Notes: generated by a model not told the origin, from the letters alone. Shown: positions 9,014 to 17,442, counted from the stretch's first letter. The stretch is 23,658 bases of DNA from Candidatus Bathyarchaeia archaeon (GCA_050012755.1 JBEKGO010000037.1:1-23658), one strand, 5' to 3'. Numbers and translations are program-made.

Positions 9014-9583
9014 TTAAATCGAGCTTTTAAGCTGTGGGAAAACACGCAAAACCGCATGCATCACAGGCACCGCAACAAATAAACCAATTAACATCTGAAC
9101 AATATTGAATGGGACTTCAACCGCTGCCAAAGCAAACGGATAACCTAAAACAAGAGTTTCGTAAAGGAAATATCCTAAAACCATCTCAAAGCCGCCGATA
9201 ACAACGGCTATTGTGGCGGACAACGTGATGTTTTTGATTTTTCGGTTTAATTTCTTGTACAGAAAGCCGACAAGGAAACCTTCTATAGCTTTAATAGTAA
9301 ATGTTCCGGGAGCATATTGTGCGGCTACAAGAACATCAGCAATGGTTGCTCCCGCACCTGCAACTGCTCCGACTAGCGGACCAAAAAGCAATGCTGCAAT
9401 GTAGATGAGTGTCTCGCCAAGATTGAAGTATCCGCTGGTAGCAGGAATGGGAACCACAAACAAAAGTGTAGCTGCTGCAACAAGCGCTGCAAAGATGGCG
9501 GCTGCTGCAATTTTGAATGCGGCAGATGGGGCAAAGCCTGTGGAATCGGCGCTGGGCGTTTTTTTGTCACTCATTAGCTTCAC
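9014..9583 (-). CDS. ECF transporter S component (GYxNxG[DE], HmpT/PdxU-like)
   Basis: Very hydrophobic ~186 aa protein with VPIPATSGYFNLGE, LLFGPLVG, YAPGTFTIKAIEG, PFNIVQ; likely start ATG at 9574. Confidence 0.85.
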   Translation of the reverse strand: MKLMSDKKTPSADSTGFAPSAAFKIAAAAIFAALVAAATLLFVVPIPATSGYFNLGETLIYIAALLFGPLVGAVAGAGATIADVLVAAQYAPGTFTIKAIEGFLVGFLYKKLNRKIKNITLSATIAVVIGGFEMVLGYFLYETLVLGYPFALAAVEVPFNIVQMLIGLFVAVPVMHAVLRVFPQLKSSI

Positions 9584-9749
9584 AGTGCTAAGGTTTCGAG
9601 GCTATTTTATTTAACAGGCGCATATAAAGGTTAATCGCCGACCTGCTTGAAGTTTAATCTTTTTTCGTCTGTCCTCCAAAACAAGAGTGCAAAAGAGGAA
9701 AATCTAAATGGGAGATCACAGCAAAATAAAGACGACAGAGTGACAAGTC

Positions 9750-10151
9750 ATGACCGAAAGAGAAGACCCAATAAAAATGCATAAACAAGGAATCTCCCTG
9801 ATGGAAAACGGCAAATATGAGGAAGCAAAAGACATCTTCGTTAAAACTGCGGAGCTCTACTATAAAGGACAGAACTATTTTGGGGCAGCAGAAATGTACT
9901 ACAAAGCCGGCGAAGCCGCTGTAGCTCTCAAAGACTGTGCCAAAGGCGCCGAATTTTTCATGAAATCAGCTGAAATCGCTTTTAGCAAAGCCTTTGACAG
10001 ATATGGCTTAAGCGGGCTTGAACAAGCCAGAGACTGCCAAAAAGCCTTGGGCAAAACCAAAGAAGTAGACGAGCTTAACAAGAAAATCAAGGAAATCAAC
10101 GACAAACAAAAAGAGCCTGAAAGCGAACAATCGTTCTCCGTATTCTCATAA
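9750..10151 (+). CDS. Small TPR/SNAP-like helical repeat protein
   Basis: Repeated YEEAKDIFVKTAELY, AAEMYYKAGEA and AEFFMKSAEI helical hairpins. Confidence 0.7.
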   Translation: MTEREDPIKMHKQGISLMENGKYEEAKDIFVKTAELYYKGQNYFGAAEMYYKAGEAAVALKDCAKGAEFFMKSAEIAFSKAFDRYGLSGLEQARDCQKALGKTKEVDELNKKIKEINDKQKEPESEQSFSVFS

Positions 10152-10275
10152 TTCCTTCATTTTGAGAACACTATGTAACGTAGCTCAAATTTTAACCCCA
10201 ATTTTCATAATTTAGATTTTGATGTTTATAATGTGAATTAGAAGAATATTTTTTTTAGGTTTTTTGTTCTTTGTT

Positions 10276-10390
10276 TTTTGGGTTGCTTTTCTGATTCAGC
10301 AGGTAAATTGGTTGCAGGTCGAGACATTATTTGACATTTTTTGACAATATTAGACAAAAATTGACATTATTTGACGTAATTTGACATTTA
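10276..10390 (+). repeat. Conserved leader plus 10-bp-period tandem array (copy B; seven GAC cores, mostly TTGACA)
   Basis: GAC at 10323, 10333, 10343, 10353, 10363, 10373, 10383; leader homologous to 1831-1881 in the same orientation and register. Confidence 0.85.
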
Positions 10391-10722
10391 GAAAGTTCAT
10401 AACCGTTTAATGCGAATGGTAATGCAACGCCACTATTTTTTGTTCTCTGGGGTTCGGATTGTTTTTTCGTTTAGGGTTTGTCAAGGCCCGTTTATATTCC
10501 CTAAATGCTTAGACGATGTAAAGTCAAGTTTATCAAAGCTAATCGTCTATTTTTTAGTTTATACTTTTTCCTTTAAATGTTCATCTTGTTTTGAGCGATG
10601 GTCTTTCGATGCTTTCTATTCAGGCTTAAACTTTCACGCTCCGCCAAACTGAACAGAGCAAGGATTTGAACCTCCACTCAGTGGAGATATCACCCACATT
10701 TCCTATTTTTAGACTAAAAGAA

Positions 10723-11634
10723 CTAAGCGAGGAACACTAAGACAACACCTAAGACAATTATTGCAGCACCAATAGTGTTGTTCAAAGTCATTTTTTCATG
10801 GAACATGGCATAGCCAGCCAAAACAGAAAACAGCGGTGTCGTTGAAGAAATCGGTACCGCCTGAGACTCTGCTATATTTAAGAAACTATAGTTCATCAGC
10901 AACCAACCGACAGCATTGGCAACTAGCCCCCCGATGCAAAGCAGCAGAATTGTTTTCCTACTAACTTTTAGGAAACCGTGGTTACCATCTATTATCGGCG
11001 CCAACATCAACAGAATTAGCGCCGTTGACATGATCCTCACTGTGATTACGGCATAGTTCGCAGCCACTGTCCCTAAACCAGGCATCAAGACAACAACATC
11101 CATCAAACTCAAACTTACTGACCAAATTACAGCTGTCAGCAAACTCGCGACCAAACCAGCTAACACAATTCGTCCCTTAACGTGGAAGGTATTGCGCCCT
11201 TTTTCCCGACTAACCAGCCAAATCCCCACTATGATCACTGAAGCACCGACGACCGCAGCAACAGTTACTGGTTGGTGGAGCAGGAAGGTTACCCATAGAA
11301 GGCTAAAAAGCGGATACGTCGCTGCCAAAGGTACAGCACGAGAAACTCCAACTGAGCGTAAACCATACATGTAAAGCGTATCACCAATAACCAATCCAAT
11401 AATCCCACTTACAACAGTCAAAACTAAGGCGCTCATGGGCAGTCTCGCTAAAATACCTGCCCAGCCAAATCCGAACAGAACAACAACCATGAATATTGCG
11501 TTGCTTGTACATCGTACGATGTTTGCTGAAATAGGAGAAACTTTGAACAGCGCTTGTCGGTACAGTATAGGTGCTGCAGCCCAGCAGATAGCTGCACCCA
11601 AAGCTGCCATCTCCCCAAGCAACACTGAATTCAT
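10723..11634 (-). CDS. DMT/EamA family transporter
   Basis: 303 aa with ~10 hydrophobic segments; internal duplication GVSRAVPLAATYPLF / AESQAVPISSTTPLF. Confidence 0.9.
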   Translation of the reverse strand: MNSVLLGEMAALGAAICWAAAPILYRQALFKVSPISANIVRCTSNAIFMVVVLFGFGWAGILARLPMSALVLTVVSGIIGLVIGDTLYMYGLRSVGVSRAVPLAATYPLFSLLWVTFLLHQPVTVAAVVGASVIIVGIWLVSREKGRNTFHVKGRIVLAGLVASLLTAVIWSVSLSLMDVVVLMPGLGTVAANYAVITVRIMSTALILLMLAPIIDGNHGFLKVSRKTILLLCIGGLVANAVGWLLMNYSFLNIAESQAVPISSTTPLFSVLAGYAMFHEKMTLNNTIGAAIIVLGVVLVFLA

Positions 11635-11813
11635 GTTCCAAATAATTGAAAAAGTTTACATAAGTAATTTTCTAAAACAAAAAAAGGTTTCTCGTATAAA
11701 TCGGGTAAAAATTAGAACACGAGAGGTTTTGACCCGCATCCCCGAAAAGGATGTCACAATATTTTCCCTTTTTTTTCGAAATATACTCTCTATTGAATCC
11801 CGTTTTGATCTGG

Positions 11814-12410
11814 TTACTTCGCTGATTTTATTTTTGCAACATTTTTTATTTGATTATACCGAAAACACGTGACTAAATGGTCATTTACCAAACCTGCAGC
11901 TTGCATGAAAGCATAGCATATAGTTGGACCAACAAATTGAAAACCCCTCTTTTTCAAGTCCCTGCTCATAGCTTTCGACTCACCGGATTCTGCTGGCAGG
12001 TCTGATAACTGAACAAAGGAGTTTTGGATTGTTCTACCGTTGACAAACTGCCAAATGTAGGCATCAAAGCAACCGAATTCTTTTTGAACTTCCAAAAAGC
12101 AACGTGCATTGTTGATTGTAGCCAAAATCTTGTTCCGGTTCCTAACTATTTTACTGTCTTCCAATAAGCGCTCTACGTCTTTTTCAGTGTACTTTGCAAC
12201 TTTCTCTGGATCAAAGTTATCAAACGCTTTTCTAAAAGCATCCCTTTTCTTGAGTATTATCAACCAAGAAAGCCCTGCTTGGAAACAGTCTAAAACCAAA
12301 AACTCAAACAGCTTATTGTCCTCATGGACGGGAACGCCCCACTCTTCATCATGATACCTTATGTAAAGTGGATTGTTAGTGTTCCAACATCTCTTCAACT
12401 TAACGTTCAT
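11814..12410 (-). CDS. tag: DNA-3-methyladenine glycosylase I
   Basis: RCW...YIRYHDEEWG, FQAGLSWLIILKKR, IVRNRNKI, GFQFVGPTICYAFMQAAGLVNDHLVTCF (Zn-ligand pattern). Confidence 0.96.
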   Translation of the reverse strand: MNVKLKRCWNTNNPLYIRYHDEEWGVPVHEDNKLFEFLVLDCFQAGLSWLIILKKRDAFRKAFDNFDPEKVAKYTEKDVERLLEDSKIVRNRNKILATINNARCFLEVQKEFGCFDAYIWQFVNGRTIQNSFVQLSDLPAESGESKAMSRDLKKRGFQFVGPTICYAFMQAAGLVNDHLVTCFRYNQIKNVAKIKSAK

Positions 12411-12581
12411 TGACTACTCTCACATCCTTCTCTACTCAAACAATATGGTTTCTATACTCATTTTCTAATCAGTTTTAGCTTAAATTTTTTTATGTTTGAT
12501 TTATTCAGACCTTGTGGCGCTGTGGAAAAGATGGCGAAACCAATCATGAACGTGATTGTTTGGCGGGTAAAGCTTAAGAGC

Positions 12582-12595
12582 ATGACACGTGTCAT
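12582..12595. promoter_or_regulatory. Perfect 14-bp palindrome ATGACACGTGTCAT, candidate operator
   Basis: Exact self-complement, just after a TATA-like GCTTAAG (12572-12578) and ~30 bp before the ATG at 12624. Confidence 0.5.
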
Positions 12596-12623
12596 AATTT
12601 GTTTATAATGGCGAAGGTATTAA

Positions 12624-13442
12624 ATGAAAAACAAATTTGGCCTTCTTACGTCTTTCCTAATAATTCTCGGCCTTCTACTGACTACTCCTCATTTAACAGT
12701 ATCAGCAGTCTCGGGGCCCAACCTTCAAATCACCAATCTATCAGGTGCCACCTTCAACTTTACATACGACCAACTATTAGCAATGCCTAAGACAACAGTG
12801 AACTCAGATCTTTTCTGCGACGGCAGCTTGGTAACAACAGGGGATTGGGGTGGCATTAATCTAAGTTATCTGCTTAATTTGGCACAGATTAGCTCCGATG
12901 TTTTGTCTGTGGATTTCAGCGCAACAGACAACTATCGAGTCTCTATACCTATCAGCTTGGCCGTGCAGCCGCAAGTAATTATAGCCTATGATAAAAATAA
13001 TGAGACTCTGAATGAGGGGCTTCGTTTGGTTCTTCCTGGAATTAATGGGCCTACTTGGATAGCTAGCATCAGTTCCATCGGAATGAGCAACGTTCAAGTT
13101 GCAGATCCCTCTCCTGCATCTGTTACAGGCTTCAAAATGCCCCCACTAATATCCTACCCCGATGACGTAGTCAACGAATCAACATCCCAGCCACAAGCTG
13201 AGCAGCCAACACCCACTATTCCGCAAAATCAACCAAGCCCAACTGCGACAACTCCGCCGGCGGACACCAATGATCCAAATCAGGCTAAGTCAGCAGTTCA
13301 ACCCTTGAGCCCTCAAAACCGTCTGTTATCTATTGCACTTCCAACAGCGTTTGTTTTACTGGTTGTATCCTTTGCAGTAGTTTACATCACAGTTAGACGA
13401 AGAAGGAGTGCAACCGTAGCAAATTTAGACTTGGATTCTTAG
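12624..13442 (+). CDS. Exported, C-terminally anchored protein with a sulfite-oxidase-family (Oxidored_molyb-like) domain
   Basis: Signal peptide; FTYDQLLAMP, DLFC..GDWGGINLSYLL, ATDNYRVSIP, IIAY, LRLVLPG..GPTW match the MsrP/YuiH-type Moco-domain pattern; P/T/Q linker, TM and RRRR tail. Confidence 0.75.
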   Translation: MKNKFGLLTSFLIILGLLLTTPHLTVSAVSGPNLQITNLSGATFNFTYDQLLAMPKTTVNSDLFCDGSLVTTGDWGGINLSYLLNLAQISSDVLSVDFSATDNYRVSIPISLAVQPQVIIAYDKNNETLNEGLRLVLPGINGPTWIASISSIGMSNVQVADPSPASVTGFKMPPLISYPDDVVNESTSQPQAEQPTPTIPQNQPSPTATTPPADTNDPNQAKSAVQPLSPQNRLLSIALPTAFVLLVVSFAVVYITVRRRRSATVANLDLDS

Positions 13443-13509
13443 CACTCTTTTCAGCCTAGAATTAAAGAAAAAATAAAAAAAAAAATAGATGCCTAAAAAA
13501 TCGGCTTAA

Positions 13510-13698
13510 TCACATTTTATCTTTTACTTTTTTAGCTGCTTTCTTGCTTTCTTCAGCAACTTTTTTCCCAGCCATTTTAGCTTCCGCGGCTACTTTTTTT
13601 GTTTCTTCCGAAACTTTTCCGCCAGCTTTCTTGGCTTCAGCAGCAGCTTTCTTAGCCTCTTCCTCTACTTTCGTTTTTGCGTTTTTTATGGTTGACAT
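13510..13698 (-). CDS. Small Lys/Ala/Glu-rich repeat protein (LEA-like amphipathic helix)
   Basis: 62 aa with three ~18-aa repeats: KVEEEAKKAAAEAKKAGG / KVSEETKKVAAEAKMAGK / KVAEESKKAAKKVKDKM. Confidence 0.7.
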   Translation of the reverse strand: MSTIKNAKTKVEEEAKKAAAEAKKAGGKVSEETKKVAAEAKMAGKKVAEESKKAAKKVKDKM

Positions 13699-13748
13699 AA
13701 TAATTCTCAGTTTACATTTTGACCTTACGCATTTAAAAAGTTTCTTTT

Positions 13749-13990
13749 TTAGTTTTTCACTGTTTGGACAATACTCGATGATATGGCAATGAAAAAGTAG
13801 CAGAATTGCTAGTATCGATGGAACTTCTGGAATGGTTGGTGGTTGGTGAATCTTTTGCGGTTGAACTTGGAGTGCTTGTTGTACTAGTTGGCTGTTGGGT
13901 TGGATTGGTTGTTGGGTTGCTGGTTGGTATTTGGGTCGGGGCTGATGTTGGTGTGGGAGTTGGGATTGGAGTTGGAGTTAGAGCAGGATG
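13749..13990 (-). pseudogene. C-terminal remnant of a cell-surface protein (PT linker plus frameshifted PEF-CTERM-like anchor)
   Basis: PTPIPTPTPT... linker; after a one-base shift near 13840 it reads PTIPEVPSILAILLL. No N-terminal domain or signal peptide. Confidence 0.6.
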
Positions 13991-14136
13991 AAAAAGTTGA
14001 AACAACAAAAACGGCTTTAAAATCATAGATTTTACTGCAAACTATCTTAAAACCCTAAGCAAGCATGAATTAGTATTTGAGATTCATAATTGATTTATTA
14101 CAATTTCACCAAGAGTATTTGAGTTGGAGCCTTGCT

Positions 14137-16965
14137 GTGCAAAAGTCTGAACAAGATAGCAGAGTAATCATTGACGCGGCTGATTTAGAATCTTCTAGCA
14201 ATAAGAGCGCCATTCGTGTTTTGCATGTTGACGATGACCCATGTTGTCTTGAAATCTCAAAGCAGATCTTAATGGATATGGGCAACTTTGAAATTGACTC
14301 TGTCTCTTGTGTAGATGAAGCCTTCAAGAAAATAGCAATTGGACATTATGATGTTGTTATTTCGGATTATGAGGTGCCTCTGAAGAATGGATTAGACTTT
14401 TTGAGTGAACTCAGAGAACAAAATAATCAAATTTCTTTTATCTTATTTACGGGGAAAGGCAGAGAAGATGTTGCAGTTAAAGCTTTGAATTTGGGTGCTG
14501 ATCGCTACATCAACAAAAACGGTTCACCAGAAACGGTCTTTTGCGAATTGACAGATGCCATAAACAAGACTGTGGAACGCAAGAAATCACGGGAGATTCT
14601 GCGTGAAAGTGAACAGAGGTACCGAGAACTGGCAAATTGTTTGCCGGACATTGTTTTTGAAACTGACCTAAAGGGTCAAGTGATATTTGTCAATGAAAAG
14701 ACTCCTGAAATTTCTGGCTATTCTCGTGAGGAGCTTGAAAGCGGGTTGAATATTCTTCAGTTCCTTGTCCCTGGAGATAGAGAAAGGGCAACGAAAAGCA
14801 TTCAGCGGTTACTATCCGGAGGCAAGTATGTTCCTGATGAGTACACAGTCCTGCGGAAAGACGGCACGACTTTTCCTGCGCTTATCACGGCAACATCTCG
14901 TATTTCCCAAAACAAGATGGCAGGGCTCAGAGGCTTGGTCTTAGATATTACTGAGCGCAAAAAGACTGAGGAAGTTGTGAGAAAAAGTGAGGCGAAGTAT
15001 CGAGAACTGGCCAACTTTTTGCCGGAGATGGTTTTTGAGGCTGATCTAACGGGGAAAATTACTTTCATTAGTCAACGAGCTTCCGAAGTAGCAGGCTTTA
15101 CACGAGAGGAGCTCGAAAAGGGCTTGAATCTGCTGTCGTTTATTGTTCCTGAGGAACGAGAAAGGGCAATGGAAAACATGAAGAAGTCGTTGGCTGGAGC
15201 GGAACATGGAGCTAACGAATATACACTCCTTAGAAAAAACGGTACCACCTATCCCGCAATTGTTAGGACTAATCTTATTATTTCTGAAAACAAAGTGACT
15301 GGGCTCAGAGGACTGGCTCTGGACATAACGGATCGCAAGAAAACTGAAGAAGCACTTCTCTTGAGTGAAGAGAAATTTAGGACAGCATTCGCAACAGCGC
15401 CTGATGCTTTTTACATAAGTACTCTAAAGGAAGACAAATTGATTGAGGTTAACGAGTGTTATGAGGAGATGTTTGGATACACAAGGCAAGAAGCCATAGG
15501 CAAAACTTCACAGCAGCTTGGCATTTGGGCTAACCCTTCTGATAGGGAAAAAATGTTTGCCCTACTCAAATCTGAGGGAGAAGTAAGAAATCTTGAAATA
15601 AACTGCATAAGAAAGAACGGACAAATATTCCCAGCGCAGTTCTCAATTTCTATCCTGCAAGGAAACAAGCAACAGCTCCTTGTGGGCGTAATCAGAGATG
15701 TCTCAAGTTACAAGCAGGCTGAAGAAGCCTTAAGAGAAAGCGAAGAAAAATACCGAACATTAGTCGAAAAATCAACCCAGGGAATACTGATAGCCCAAGG
15801 ACCGATACCTCACATAGTCTTCGCTAACTCCACCATGTCAAAGATTCTGGGCTACAATGTTCAAGAATTGACTTCCCTCTCACCTCAACAGACTATAGGT
15901 CTTGTGCATCCAGACGACCAAAACCTCTTCTTCGGACGATTCAAAGAAAGATTGGAAGGAAAACCCGTCCCTTCAAAATACATGGTTCAAGGAATCAGAA
16001 AAGATGGAGCCATTGTTTGGATGGAATTATCATCTGCTCTGATAGAATATAGTGGACAACCAGCCGTGCAAGCAATGTTCCAAGACATTACTGAACACAA
16101 AAAAGCTGAGGAACGACGAAAGGTCTTGGAAAGAAAAGTAAACGAATATTCAGAACATTTGAAATGCATGGTTGATTTGAGAACTTCTCAATTAAAGGAT
16201 GTTAATGAAAGGCTCATGAAAACAGAACGTCTAGCAGCTATAGGTGAACTATCTGGTATGGTTGGGCATGACCTGCGCAATCCGTTAGCAAGTATCAAGA
16301 ATGCTACTTATTTCTTGAAAAAGAAAGGCACAACAATTTCCGAAACGCAACATAAAGAAATGCTTGAAATCATCGACAAAGCCATCGACCACTCAGACAA
16401 AATCATCAACGACCTACTTGAATATTCAAGAGAGATGCATCTGGAACTTACAGAGTCAACGCTGCCAACGCTTCTGGAAGCAGCAATGCGAATGATTCAT
16501 GTGCCAGACAGAATACAAATCCTAAATCATGTTCATGAAGAAATTGCGATTAGAGTTGACGCCGATAAGATAATGCGAATTTTCTTAAACCTTATCAAGA
16601 ATGCAATTGACGCAACGCCTGAAAAAGGAACACTTAAAATCAGCAGCTGCAAAACAAAAGACTACGTGAAGATTGCTTTCGCTGACACAGGCACAGGCAT
16701 ACCTAAAGAAACTTTGCCAAAGATTTTCATGCCCTTGTTCACTACTAAGGCGCAGGGCATGGGTTTTGGCTTAGCCATATGTAAACGCATAGTTGAGGCG
16801 CATTGTGGAACAATAACGGTGAAAACAGCTGTAAATAAAGGAACAACATTCACAATTTCGCTGCCCATAAAACCTAAAGTGCCATTACCTAAGAATCAAG
16901 CTGTATTGGAGAATCAAAATGCAAACCGAAAACAAAATGCTCCATTATTCTTCACTTTTGCTTGA
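14137..16965 (+). CDS. Cytoplasmic hybrid sensor histidine kinase, REC-PAS x4-HisKA-HATPase
   Basis: REC: HVDDD, VVISDY, ILFTG, YINK. Four PAS/PAC blocks end in DITERK-like motifs. H-box GHDLRNPL, N-box NLIKNA, DTGTG, FTTK, GMGFGL. GTG 14137 follows GGAG; the track extends to 14077. Confidence 0.93.
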   Translation: MQKSEQDSRVIIDAADLESSSNKSAIRVLHVDDDPCCLEISKQILMDMGNFEIDSVSCVDEAFKKIAIGHYDVVISDYEVPLKNGLDFLSELREQNNQISFILFTGKGREDVAVKALNLGADRYINKNGSPETVFCELTDAINKTVERKKSREILRESEQRYRELANCLPDIVFETDLKGQVIFVNEKTPEISGYSREELESGLNILQFLVPGDRERATKSIQRLLSGGKYVPDEYTVLRKDGTTFPALITATSRISQNKMAGLRGLVLDITERKKTEEVVRKSEAKYRELANFLPEMVFEADLTGKITFISQRASEVAGFTREELEKGLNLLSFIVPEERERAMENMKKSLAGAEHGANEYTLLRKNGTTYPAIVRTNLIISENKVTGLRGLALDITDRKKTEEALLLSEEKFRTAFATAPDAFYISTLKEDKLIEVNECYEEMFGYTRQEAIGKTSQQLGIWANPSDREKMFALLKSEGEVRNLEINCIRKNGQIFPAQFSISILQGNKQQLLVGVIRDVSSYKQAEEALRESEEKYRTLVEKSTQGILIAQGPIPHIVFANSTMSKILGYNVQELTSLSPQQTIGLVHPDDQNLFFGRFKERLEGKPVPSKYMVQGIRKDGAIVWMELSSALIEYSGQPAVQAMFQDITEHKKAEERRKVLERKVNEYSEHLKCMVDLRTSQLKDVNERLMKTERLAAIGELSGMVGHDLRNPLASIKNATYFLKKKGTTISETQHKEMLEIIDKAIDHSDKIINDLLEYSREMHLELTESTLPTLLEAAMRMIHVPDRIQILNHVHEEIAIRVDADKIMRIFLNLIKNAIDATPEKGTLKISSCKTKDYVKIAFADTGTGIPKETLPKIFMPLFTTKAQGMGFGLAICKRIVEAHCGTITVKTAVNKGTTFTISLPIKPKVPLPKNQAVLENQNANRKQNAPLFFTFA

Positions 16966-16981
16966 CGGCTGTGACACGTTA

Positions 16982-17442
16982 AAAGAAAGTGCTAAAGAAA
17001 TCGATCACATTGTTGATTGCATGGAGACCTCCTATTTGTAATAGACAAAAACCGTGTTATCATTAAAGTCAACAAAAGCGCTTGTGAAGCGTTCAAGAAA
17101 AAACCTGAGGAAATAATAGGTAGACATTGCTATGAAATTGTGCATGGCATGAATAAGCCTTGGTGTAATTGTCCTGCTACCGAAACTTTTAAAACAAAAC
17201 AAATAGCTACTGAAGAAATAATTGATCCAAACATAGGTCTGCCTCTGTTGGTAACTACGTCGCCAATTCTTGATGAACAAGGCGAAGTCGCCAAGGTTAT
17301 TCATATTGCAAAAGACATTACTAAGACAAAGCTGGCAGAAATGGAGATGCACATTGCCCCGAATCTATTCGATGCGGCCTCAGACTCGATTTTAGTGCAT
17401 GATTTAGATGGGAGGATCTTAGCTGAAAGCGAATCACAGTAA
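16982..17442 (+). pseudogene. Truncated, frameshifted multi-PAS sensor fragment
   Basis: KESAKEIDHIVDCM (16982-17023) shifts frame into GDLLFVIDK...GRHCYE..CP...KDIT. A second PAS (LFDAASDSILVHDLDGRI) starts and stops abruptly; no output domain. Confidence 0.65.

Noticed and set aside
1877-10390. Arrays A and B as inverted terminal repeats of one 8.5-kb mobile element
   Set aside because: Their leaders are in direct orientation, the enclosed DNA includes core genes (DUF106, cmk), and no transposase or integrase is present.
10410-10652. 80-aa ORF downstream of array B
   Set aside because: Phe-rich translation of T-rich intergenic DNA with no motif or clear RBS.
10640-10722. Intact tRNA gene or ORB replication origin
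   Set aside because: Only a T-arm-like piece, with no acceptor, D or anticodon arms; no G-string ORB repeats and no cdc6/orc1 nearby.
13757-14026. 89-aa PT-rich ORF and its antisense VG-rich ORF (13806-13991) as intact genes
   Set aside because: Better explained as a frameshifted remnant of a surface-protein tail and its mirror frame.
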